Part shown: in pieces, positions 26,688-34,238 of the stretch
Layout of the letters: every line of letters starts with the position of its first letter
Numbering within the stretch: the stretch's first letter is position 1
Program-made: the position numbers and the translations under genes
From: Clostridiales bacterium UBA7573
GTDB lineage: Bacteria > Bacillota > Clostridia > Oscillospirales > CAG-272
Length of the DNA stretch: 54,311 nucleotides
Assembly: GCA_002477905.1 (NCBI GenBank)
Contig: DLLB01000083.1
Location: forward strand, 1-54,311
Reading direction: 5' to 3'
Notes under the pieces: model-generated
Told to the model about the DNA's origin: nothing
The model's database searches: none
The model's input: the letters and a program-made list of their open reading frames with translations, nothing else

Positions 26688-27371
26688 ATGTATGTGACCG
26701 ATTATTTGTTTTTGGCATTATTGGTCGTATTTCTGGCATCGCTCTATGCGCAGTATCGTGTAAACGCAACGTTCCAGAAATACAGCCGTCTGCTTTGCAG
26801 TCGCGGGATCAGCGCCGCAGACGCCGCGCAGGCAATTCTCACCGCAAACGGCGTGACGGGGGTTTCCATTGAGCAGATCTCCGGGAATCTGACCGACCAC
26901 TACGATCCCCGTTCCAACACCATCCGGCTGTCCTCACCGGTTTACGGCAGTACCTCCGTATCTGCCATCGGCGTTGCCGCGCATGAAGCAGGACACGCAG
27001 TACAGTATGCACGGCATTATCTGCCAGTCAAAATCCGGACTGCGATCCTCCCCGCCGTGCAGTTTGGCTCCAATGCCTGCATGATTCTCATCCTGCTCGG
27101 ACTGGTATTCTCTTTCCCGCTGCTCAGTTATCTCGGATGTGCGTTTTTCGGACTGACAACGCTGTTTCAGTTTGTCACGTTGCCCGTAGAATTTGACGCC
27201 AGCCGCCGTGCGCTCCGTGCCCTCTCCGGCGTGGGGATCCTCAATCAGAATGAAGTCAGAGCCGCGGGAAAAGTCCTGCGCGCCGCCGCCACCACCTATA
27301 TCGCGGCATTCGCCATGTCTCTGTTACAATTTCTACGGCTGTTCGCACTGGTGGGACGCCGTCGCAGATGA
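26688..27371 (+). CDS. YugP-type membrane zinc metallopeptidase
   Basis: N-terminal TM, HEAGHAVQ zinc motif and C-terminal TM helices. This is the typical neutral zinc metallopeptidase found after fmt in Firmicutes. Confidence 0.85.
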   Translation: MYVTDYLFLALLVVFLASLYAQYRVNATFQKYSRLLCSRGISAADAAQAILTANGVTGVSIEQISGNLTDHYDPRSNTIRLSSPVYGSTSVSAIGVAAHEAGHAVQYARHYLPVKIRTAILPAVQFGSNACMILILLGLVFSFPLLSYLGCAFFGLTTLFQFVTLPVEFDASRRALRALSGVGILNQNEVRAAGKVLRAAATTYIAAFAMSLLQFLRLFALVGRRRR

Positions 27372-28699
27372 GCGTGCAAAAACCTGCCGTCAGCGCAAGA
27401 AGCGTTGCGTATTTTTCTCTTTTGCGATGTGAGCAGAACGGACGGTATGCAAATCTGGAGTTGGACAGCGCGTTACGCACCTATCCTTTGGAGGGGGCGG
27501 AACGCGCACTGTATACCATTTTGACTTATGGCGTGACAGAACGAACCTTAACTTTGGATGCGTTGCTTTCCCAAGTCTGTGACCGTGCGCTTGCCACAAT
27601 GGATCCCCGTGTGCGGTGTGTCCTGCGGCTCGGTGCGTACCAGCTATGGTATCTTGACCGCATTCCATCGCACGCCGCCGTGGATGAATGCGTCAAGCTC
27701 TGCAAAAAGCACGGCTTTGCCAAAGCCGCGCCGTTTGTCAACGCGGTTCTTCGCGCATTTCTCCGAAAAAAAGACGCCTTTCTCATGCCAAATCGCGACG
27801 CCGATCCCATTGGCTATTTGCAGTTCACTTACAGCTTTCCCGCTTGGATCTGCGCGCTGTTTTGCCGGCAATACGGCTTTTCCCGTGCCGAAGAAATCCT
27901 GCGGGCGCAAAACGAACATCCCTATCTTACGCTTCACGTCAACACGCTGAAGACCTCTCGTGTTGCGCTCCTTGCACGGTTAGCGGCAGAAGGAATTTCG
28001 GCAGAAGCCTGTGCGGAAGCGCCGGAGGCAATTCGGTTGTGTGTGCCGGTCGCCATTCCGGATCTTTCTCCGCTTGCGGAGGGACTTTGCTTTGTGCAGG
28101 ATCTTTCGTCACAGCTTGCCGCGCAGGCAGTGGACGCGCACGCCGGCGATACCGTGATTGACACCTGTGCATGTCCGGGTGGAAAGAGCTTTGCGATCGC
28201 TTTACAAATGCAGAACCAAGGAACGCTGTACAGCATGGATCTGCATGCAAACAAGCTGTCTTTGATCCGGTCCGGCGCCGAGCGGCTCGGCATCACCTGT
28301 ATCCAAACACAAACGCAGGACGGATGCGTTTCCCATCCGGCTTTCCACAAAATCGCAGACCGGGTATTGTGTGATGTTCCCTGTTCCGGATTGGGCGTGA
28401 TGGCGAAAAAACCGGATCTACGGTATAAAACGGAAGCAGAAATCGCACGTTTACCGAAAATTCAAGCAGCAATCCTGCAAAATGCGGCAGGGTACCTTAA
28501 AGACGGCGGCAAATTGGTCTATTCGACCTGCACCCTGCATCAGGCAGAAAACGAAGATGTGGTACATGCCTTTTTACAGCAAAATCCGGATTTCTCCCTA
28601 TGTGAAATGCAAACCATTTTCCCCACGATGCGCGGAAACGACGGTTTTTTCTTTGCCGTTCTCACACGCGCGGCGCACACCACATCGGTTTCCTCCTGA
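27368..28699 (+). CDS. rsmB: 16S rRNA (cytosine967-C5)-methyltransferase
   Basis: NusB-like N-terminal domain, SAM motif DTCACPGGKS, and catalytic Cys motifs DVPCSGLG and YSTCT. Confidence 0.92.
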   Translation: MSVQKPAVSARSVAYFSLLRCEQNGRYANLELDSALRTYPLEGAERALYTILTYGVTERTLTLDALLSQVCDRALATMDPRVRCVLRLGAYQLWYLDRIPSHAAVDECVKLCKKHGFAKAAPFVNAVLRAFLRKKDAFLMPNRDADPIGYLQFTYSFPAWICALFCRQYGFSRAEEILRAQNEHPYLTLHVNTLKTSRVALLARLAAEGISAEACAEAPEAIRLCVPVAIPDLSPLAEGLCFVQDLSSQLAAQAVDAHAGDTVIDTCACPGGKSFAIALQMQNQGTLYSMDLHANKLSLIRSGAERLGITCIQTQTQDGCVSHPAFHKIADRVLCDVPCSGLGVMAKKPDLRYKTEAEIARLPKIQAAILQNAAGYLKDGGKLVYSTCTLHQAENEDVVHAFLQQNPDFSLCEMQTIFPTMRGNDGFFFAVLTRAAHTTSVSS

Positions 28700-28758
28700 C
28701 GAAGCTGTAAAACTTGAAAAAAAAGCAGAAATATTCCTGTTTTTTTCACAGATTGCTC

Positions 28759-28787
28759 TTGACAATCGGCAAAGAACGTGCTATAAT
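28759..28787 (+). promoter_or_regulatory. putative promoter of tRNA-Pro
   Basis: Consensus TTGACA (28759-28764), 17-nt spacer, TGcTATAAT (-10 at 28782-28787). Confidence 0.65.
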
Positions 28788-28816
28788 AAATTGCGTTGCG
28801 AAAGCATTCGCAATTA

Positions 28817-28893
28817 CGGGGTGTGGCTCAGTTTGGTAGAGCGCTTGGTTCGGGACCAAGAGGTCGGGTGTTCGAGTCACCTCACTCCGACCA
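28817..28893 (+). tRNA. tRNA-Pro (anticodon CGG)
   Basis: CGGGGTG acceptor stem pairing with CACTCCG, D-loop GCTCAGTTTGGTAGAGC, anticodon stem CTTGG/CCAAG with loop TTCGGGA, T-arm GGGTGTTCGAGTCACCT, and an encoded CCA end. Confidence 0.93.
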
Positions 28894-28895
28894 GT

Positions 28896-28943
28896 CGGCA
28901 GTGCCGACAGCTTTGATTGCTGTCAGTACTGCCGTATTTTTTT
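28896..28943 (+). terminator. intrinsic terminator of tRNA-Pro
   Basis: Long interrupted stem (CGGCAGT...GACAGC / GCTGTC...ACTGCCG, 28896-28934) followed by TATTTTTTT. Confidence 0.75.
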
Positions 28944-28991
28944 GCCGATCTCCATCATGGCAAAGCTTTGCTATGGAGGAACTTCGACCAC

Positions 28992-29037
28992 AAAAAAAAA
29001 CGGTTGCAGATGGAGTTGGAATCCCGATCTGCAACCG
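28992..29037 (-). terminator. intrinsic terminator of the serine hydrolase gene
   Basis: 11-bp stem CGGTTGCAGAT (29001-29011) / ATCTGCAACCG (29027-29037). On the minus strand it is followed by a run of 9 T (28992-29000). Confidence 0.8.
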
Positions 29038-29042
29038 TTTCT

Positions 29043-30077
29043 TTATTCGATCCCGAAATCTTTTGCGATCAGATTATGGATGGTTCTTCGCATCTCACAG
29101 ATCACACGATAATCATACCCACGAAAATGATTTTTCCGGTTGAGACACCGCGTTGCATTGGTCAACACAATGACGTATAGTCCTTGCGCGCGATTGAGAT
29201 AGAAACATTGTCCGGAGTGTCCGCAATGCCCAAAGCTACCGCTTGGAAACAGACTGCCGGTTTGCCGGTATCGTGCATCCACCATCAGATAGCCAAGTCC
29301 TCTGCCCTCCGTGAAGTCCGGCGTGTAATCCCGCTCTGCCAGATCAAATAGTTCTTTAGCATACAACCGTTCATCCCGCCGCAGAACCGCCTCGCAGAAT
29401 TGTGCAATGGCAGACAAGGACATCTGCTCTCCTCCGTTTCCCGCTACCTCGTGGAGCGTGTAAATGATCTCGTCATCCGCACGTCTGGCGCCCATGTGTT
29501 CCCAACGATAGCAAACGGCGGCATTCGGCTCCTCTGCCGCAATATGAAACGCCACCCTCTGCAAACCAAGCGGCTTTGCCAACTGCTCAAAATAGACACA
29601 GTCCAACGGTTTTCCATATGCCTTTTCCACAATATATCCGAGCAGAACATATCCGTTACAGGAATATTGATAATTCGTTCCCGGTTGAAAAGCAAGCGGT
29701 GTTCGCAAAATGAATTCCGCCACCGCGTCTCTGCCGGAATCGGCAATGCGGTCAGAAAACTGCATCCGAACGATGCCGGACGTATGCGTAAGCAGTTGCT
29801 GTACCGTGATGGCACGCTTCTCCTCCGGCACGTCGTCAAACCACACATCCAAACGATCCGTTAAACGCACCTTGCCAAGGGACACCGCTTTCAGCACAAG
29901 TGTGCTTGTCACAAGCACCTTTCCCATACTCGCGACATCAAAATAGGTTTCTGCATTGCAATCCGGCGAAAATAAAAATTGTTTTTCTCCATTTTTGCAC
30001 ACCAATACGGCGTAGGAATCAAACCGGCCGTTTTGCCATTCGCTTTCCATCCATGCAGAAGTTTTTTGTAAGTTCAT
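29043..30077 (-). CDS. beta-lactamase-fold serine hydrolase (class C/esterase-like)
   Basis: SxxK motif in ASMGKV, a YSCNGY region and GHCGHSG near the C-terminus. No signal peptide. Start trimmed to ATG 30077 (MNLQKT), which has a GGAGGAAAAAGAG RBS. Confidence 0.82.
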   Translation of the reverse strand: MNLQKTSAWMESEWQNGRFDSYAVLVCKNGEKQFLFSPDCNAETYFDVASMGKVLVTSTLVLKAVSLGKVRLTDRLDVWFDDVPEEKRAITVQQLLTHTSGIVRMQFSDRIADSGRDAVAEFILRTPLAFQPGTNYQYSCNGYVLLGYIVEKAYGKPLDCVYFEQLAKPLGLQRVAFHIAAEEPNAAVCYRWEHMGARRADDEIIYTLHEVAGNGGEQMSLSAIAQFCEAVLRRDERLYAKELFDLAERDYTPDFTEGRGLGYLMVDARYRQTGSLFPSGSFGHCGHSGQCFYLNRAQGLYVIVLTNATRCLNRKNHFRGYDYRVICEMRRTIHNLIAKDFGIE

Positions 30078-30113
30078 CTCTTTTTCCTCCAAAAGTTGTT
30101 CGGATCTCATTTG

Positions 30114-30142
30114 ATTTTATCATAGGAAATAACGGTTGTCAA
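30114..30142 (-). promoter_or_regulatory. putative promoter of the serine hydrolase gene
   Basis: On the minus strand: TTGACA (30142-30137), 17-nt spacer, TGaTAAAAT (-10 at 30119-30114). Confidence 0.55.
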
Positions 30143-30193
30143 CGGCTTTCGCTTTTCCAATCCTATGGATTTTCAGAAATTTTGGGCACACAG

Positions 30194-30224
30194 AAAAAGG
30201 AGTGCCAAATGGACACTCCTTTTT
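30194..30224 (-). terminator. intrinsic terminator of the S1-domain gene
   Basis: Stem AAGGAGTG / CACTCCTT (core 30199-30219) with a 9-nt loop and A/T runs on both sides. Confidence 0.7.
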
Positions 30225-30250
30225 CGTATACGCACAGGCGATCCTGCCCG

Positions 30251-31207
30251 TTACGCGAACTGGGTACGAATGATTTTTTTACAGCCGAGCGGAGAGTATT
30301 GCCAATCCTCCAAATGCGTCACGTCCTGATGTAAAAGTCCCACATCCGGCACGGTGAGCTTTTTCGGTGACAATTCCCCTTTATACGAATCAATCAGCAC
30401 CAGCTTGATCTTCATCCGTTCCGGCACAATATTCTTAATGTACACCGCACAGATCTGCCCGACGGTAATATCCGGCCGGTATTCGGCAAGCCCAGCCAGA
30501 TTCGGCAAAAGCTCCACAAAGATACCGTATTCCTCAATCGAACGCACAATGCCCGCCACGGTTTGCCCAATGTGAAAATATGCGGCATTTTCCTCCCAGG
30601 TGCCAAGCAGTTCTTTATAAGTCACATACATTCTGCCGCTTTCCCGATCTATGCTTTTCACAGCAACTTTCAGCGGCATTCCAATGTCAAAACGGTCGTG
30701 CGGATGTAAAATACGGGACACGGAAATACAGTCAATCGACAAAAGCGATACCACCCCGCATCCAACATCCACAAATGCGCCGAACTGCTCCATATGCGTT
30801 ACTTTTGCCGGAATAATGTCCCCGCAGGACAACTGCGTCAGATAGGCTTCCATACACTGCTTCTGTGCTTCTTTACGGGATAAGATTGCCGTATAACCGC
30901 CATCCGCATCCGCAAGCAACTGCTGCACTACAAAGCAAACGGCTTTTCCCACCCGTGTAATCACCGCAATGTCTTTCACCGGTTCTCCGATTTTGGAATA
31001 CGCAATTTCATTGCGTGGGATAATTCCGTGCACCTCACCCAAGTCTACATGCAGGCTATAATCATTTTCGCAAAGCACCGCCATGGCTTCCAAAATCGTT
31101 TTGTTTGCCATCGCCTGTGCCAATCCGGCATAAGAACCGGTCAACGCCCGATTCTCCGGCGTCGTGATACGCGTTCCTTCCGGCAGATATTCCTTTTTGT
31201 CCGTCAT
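30251..31207 (-). CDS. S1 RNA-binding domain protein (multi-S1, ~318 aa)
   Basis: Repeated S1/OB signatures (GDIIPAKVTHMEQFGAFVDVG, GQTVAGIVRSIEEYGIFVEL). GGAGGGG RBS. Confidence 0.85.
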   Translation of the reverse strand: MTDKKEYLPEGTRITTPENRALTGSYAGLAQAMANKTILEAMAVLCENDYSLHVDLGEVHGIIPRNEIAYSKIGEPVKDIAVITRVGKAVCFVVQQLLADADGGYTAILSRKEAQKQCMEAYLTQLSCGDIIPAKVTHMEQFGAFVDVGCGVVSLLSIDCISVSRILHPHDRFDIGMPLKVAVKSIDRESGRMYVTYKELLGTWEENAAYFHIGQTVAGIVRSIEEYGIFVELLPNLAGLAEYRPDITVGQICAVYIKNIVPERMKIKLVLIDSYKGELSPKKLTVPDVGLLHQDVTHLEDWQYSPLGCKKIIRTQFA

Positions 31208-31237
31208 ATTTTTCCCCTCCGCATGATCTCAGAATTC

Positions 31238-31266
31238 TTGTTTTGCATTTCCTGTGTTGCTATAAT
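31238..31266 (+). promoter_or_regulatory. orphan + strand promoter (drives candidate small transcript)
   Basis: TTGTTT (31238-31243), 17-nt spacer, extended -10 TGcTATAAT (-10 at 31261-31266). There is no annotated + strand gene downstream. Confidence 0.45.
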
Positions 31267-31272
31267 GTATGG

Positions 31273-31452
31273 GAAAAGTCCGGAATTTATGCCAAAAGAA
31301 AAAAGGGAGTTTCCAAAGATACAGAATCGTATCATCGGCTTTCGCCGAGAGAAAAGGGAAACCAAGCTATATGTAAAGTGAAATTCCAAAGATTTATCCC
31401 CCGAAAAAACAGCGTTTCCGCCATTCTGGCAGAAACGCTGTTTGCTTTTTTG
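31273..31452 (+). ncRNA. candidate ~180-nt small RNA (unclassified; alternatively mRNA of a 30-aa basic micro-ORF 31289-31381)
   Basis: Bounded by the promoter above and a strong hairpin plus U-run at 31404-31451. The interior folds by eye into a closing stem (31271-31288 with 31381-31400) enclosing three helices: GTTTCC/GGAAAC, GATAC/GTATC and CGGC/GCCG. Confidence 0.3.
31404..31451. terminator. bidirectional intrinsic terminator (mltG on minus; candidate sRNA on plus)
   Basis: Stem AACAGCGTTTC(c)GCC / GGC(a)GAAACGCTGTT with a 5-nt loop. AAAAAA lies on the left and TTTGCTTTTTT on the right. Confidence 0.8.
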
Positions 31453-31483
31453 CTGATCCTTTTCTTTTTCGGGCTGCGTCTTT

Positions 31484-32530
31484 TCAGTTGCCTTTTTTCT
31501 TTTGATTTTCCGCAATATTCTTACAATGCTCCGCATAAGTTCTGGCAAAACGGGTATGTCCGTCTGCGGCGGCAACAAAGTAATAATCTTTGGTCTTTGC
31601 GGGAAATAATGCGGCGTTGATCGCGCAAAGTCCGGGGTTTGCGATCGCGCCCGGCGGAAGTCCTGCATGGTGATACGTATTATACGGACTTTGCAAAGCA
31701 AGATCATCTGCCGTCACCGGACGCAAAATTCCCTCTTTGCAATACAGGGCATAGCGCACCGTCGCGTCGCTTTCCAAGAAGGAAAAGCGCGGACTGCGCA
31801 GACGATTCCAGAATACCGCACTGACTTTTGTATATTCTTCCGCATAGCGCGCTTCCGCGGAAATCATCGAAGCAAGCGTCACAATTTCATCCGGCGTTTT
31901 GCCGAGTTTTTCACAACGATCCCGATATTTCTGCGTGAATTTGGCATCAAAATTGGCAAGCATCTTGTCAATCACAGCCTCCTCCGTTTCCCGCGTAGAA
32001 AACCAATAGGTGTCCGGATATAAATATCCTTCCAACCGATACACCCGCTCCGTCTCTTTCGGAGGCAGATAGTCATACGGAAAATCCGCGGTGTTGATGA
32101 CCTCGGTATACCGTTCGGCGCTTCCGATTCCTGCCGCAGTCAGACGGTCAATCATTTGCGCAACGGTACTTCCCTCCGGAAAAGTGATCTTGACATCCAC
32201 ATTTCGCACAGGCGCATTCCCCCGCAGCGTAGTGGCAAGCGCCGCATAAGAATCCGCGCAGGAAAGCGTATAATTCCCCGTTTTCAAATTTCCCTCGTCG
32301 CGCGTCAGACGGCAATAAACAGAAAACAGAACCGGATACCGGATCACCCCCGCCGCTTTCAGTGCCTTTGCCGCGGCGGCAGGATCTTCTTCCGTAAGTG
32401 TAACGGTTTTTACCACCGCCTCATCGGTCACAGACAGCACGTCATTTGCGACCAACAGAAAAATTGCCGCGCAAAGCCCCGCACAAAGCGTAATCAGGAA
32501 TAAGATCCACCAGCTTCGTTTGACCGTCAT
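31484..32530 (-). CDS. mltG: endolytic murein transglycosylase MltG (YceG-like)
   Basis: N-terminal TM anchor, a YceG domain with ...SPYNTYHHAGLPPGAIANPG..., and an AGGAGGAA RBS. Confidence 0.88.
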   Translation of the reverse strand: MTVKRSWWILFLITLCAGLCAAIFLLVANDVLSVTDEAVVKTVTLTEEDPAAAAKALKAAGVIRYPVLFSVYCRLTRDEGNLKTGNYTLSCADSYAALATTLRGNAPVRNVDVKITFPEGSTVAQMIDRLTAAGIGSAERYTEVINTADFPYDYLPPKETERVYRLEGYLYPDTYWFSTRETEEAVIDKMLANFDAKFTQKYRDRCEKLGKTPDEIVTLASMISAEARYAEEYTKVSAVFWNRLRSPRFSFLESDATVRYALYCKEGILRPVTADDLALQSPYNTYHHAGLPPGAIANPGLCAINAALFPAKTKDYYFVAAADGHTRFARTYAEHCKNIAENQKKKGN

Positions 32531-32635
32531 CTCTGTTCCTCCTGTCCTGGTGATTCGAAAATAAAAAATCCCACGCTACTTTCCTTCTTAGCATGGGAGA
32601 TTTTTGTTTTTTTATTCCTGTGACATTTTGGAAAG

Positions 32636-33556
32636 TTACAACAGAATGCACGCAAGCACGAATACAGTGATGCAAAACCAAAACGGCAGATTGCCTGTCA
32701 ATGTAAGGATTTCCCGATACAACGGGATGCCGGACGGGATGGGAACCTGCTTTTCGCCGGTTTTGTAGATCCGGAGCTGTTTTGACGCATAACCAAGCGC
32801 GAAAAACAGACACAAAAAGAACAAAAGACCAAGCAACAGATAAGTCAATATCGTCGCGGATGCCTTGCGGGAAAGCATTTGCAGGACGTTGGTACCGAGC
32901 AGACTGCCGAGATTATATGCAATGTGTAGCAGAATCGCGGAAAACAGAGAGTTTCCGAGTTGCGCCACCGTGCAAAATACCAATCCGCCAAGAAAATAGA
33001 CGGAGAAAAACGCAAGATCAAAATGCATCATTGCAAAAAACAGCGCGCTCACCACCGCGGCAAGTATCGGTCTGCATCCGTGCTTACGCAGATCCCGATA
33101 AAACAGTCCGCGGAAAACCAGTTCCTCTAAAATGGCAGGCAACACGCCCATCACCAACACCGTCAGTGCCGGATGCAGGATTTTTCGCACCGATTCATCC
33201 ACCAGTACCGGCTCCGTGCTGAGACTGATAAATCCCGCACGATACAGGCAAAGCTGAAGAAATGCAGAAAACGTTAAGAGCAGAAGCAACAGACACAGCC
33301 ATAACCGGAAAAAAGGGCGTTTATTTCGCTTCGCGGCAAAAAGAGCAGAAAAACCAAACGACGTCGGCACAAGATCTCTGTGAAAATACAGATAGACCGC
33401 ATAAGGAAAGAGATAAATCGGGATCTGTGCCAGCGCAATTGCCGCGTAAAAGTTTTCAAAACGTAAAAATACCCGCGTATCTGCCATGGAAAATCCAAAC
33501 AGAAGCAGATACAATCCCAACATCGGCAAAAACAATCCGGAAAAACGATTTTTCAT
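32636..33556 (-). CDS. CPBP-family (CAAX-type) intramembrane metalloprotease
   Basis: Motifs EELVFRG, FAMMH and LLHIAYN in a polytopic membrane protein. The start codon choice is uncertain because the RBS is weak. Confidence 0.82.
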   Translation of the reverse strand: MKNRFSGLFLPMLGLYLLLFGFSMADTRVFLRFENFYAAIALAQIPIYLFPYAVYLYFHRDLVPTSFGFSALFAAKRNKRPFFRLWLCLLLLLLTFSAFLQLCLYRAGFISLSTEPVLVDESVRKILHPALTVLVMGVLPAILEELVFRGLFYRDLRKHGCRPILAAVVSALFFAMMHFDLAFFSVYFLGGLVFCTVAQLGNSLFSAILLHIAYNLGSLLGTNVLQMLSRKASATILTYLLLGLLFFLCLFFALGYASKQLRIYKTGEKQVPIPSGIPLYREILTLTGNLPFWFCITVFVLACILL

Positions 33557-33560
33557 AGCG

Positions 33561-34220
33561 TTACAGCTTCAGTTTTTGCAAAATTTCCGCATGAATCTCT
33601 TGGATGGTACGCATTTGCCCTTGCGGGGCGCAGGCAATCGTTGTAAAACCAAGTTTTTGCGCCGCATACAGCGCCGCCTGATAGCTTTGCTCCATGTAGG
33701 CGGGGTTGCGTTCATGAATATCCTGTGCGCGTCCAGTCTCGGCGCTTCGCTTTGCCACAAGCGCAAGCGAAACTGCCGGCGCCAGTTCCAAATAGATCAC
33801 CTGATCGGGCTTTGGCAACTGTAACTGTGAAAATTCATAGGTCCAAAGCCATGTCAGAAAAGAATCCCACTGCGCATGGGGGAGTTTGGACAACTGATGC
33901 ACCGCATTTGCGGAGGTGTAACGATTCGCCAAGATCACCGTATCCGGTTGCGCATAAAAGGCACCCCAGTCCGTACGGTAACTATAATAACGATCCATGG
34001 CAAAGAAAGAGGATGCCGCATAGGCATTGGTAGCCGCCGGATCGTCTCCGAATTCGCCGCGCAGATACCGCTCGACAAGATCGCACCCCGGCGTTCCGTA
34101 CATGGGAAAGGACAGCATCCGCGCACGGATTCCCCGCGCGGTGAGAGACGCATACAACAGTTTGGTCTGCGTTTCCTTTCCGGAACCGTCTAAACCGTCA
34201 ATGGCAATCAGCTTTCCCAT
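33561..34220 (-). CDS. tmk: thymidylate kinase family protein
   Basis: MGKLIAIDGLDGSGKETQ P-loop and the overall dTMP-kinase length and pattern. GGAGAGGAAA RBS. Confidence 0.72.
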   Translation of the reverse strand: MGKLIAIDGLDGSGKETQTKLLYASLTARGIRARMLSFPMYGTPGCDLVERYLRGEFGDDPAATNAYAASSFFAMDRYYSYRTDWGAFYAQPDTVILANRYTSANAVHQLSKLPHAQWDSFLTWLWTYEFSQLQLPKPDQVIYLELAPAVSLALVAKRSAETGRAQDIHERNPAYMEQSYQAALYAAQKLGFTTIACAPQGQMRTIQEIHAEILQKLKL

Positions 34221-34238
34221 GTGTTTTCCTCTCCTCGT

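Noticed and set aside
28817-29042. tRNA-Pro as an integration site of a genomic island
   Set aside because: There is no integrase or recombinase. I noticed no direct repeat of the tRNA 3' end downstream, and the neighbouring genes are housekeeping-type.
29043-30077. Beta-lactamase-fold gene as an antibiotic-resistance determinant
   Set aside because: It has no signal peptide or lipobox, so it is cytoplasmic. The motifs fit the broad esterase/peptidase-like serine hydrolase group. There is no mobile-element context.
31278-31290. GUCCGGAA in the candidate sRNA as a sign of SRP (4.5S) RNA
   Set aside because: Only this octamer resembles the SRP domain IV region. The GGAAGCAGC partner motif and the long SRP hairpin are absent.
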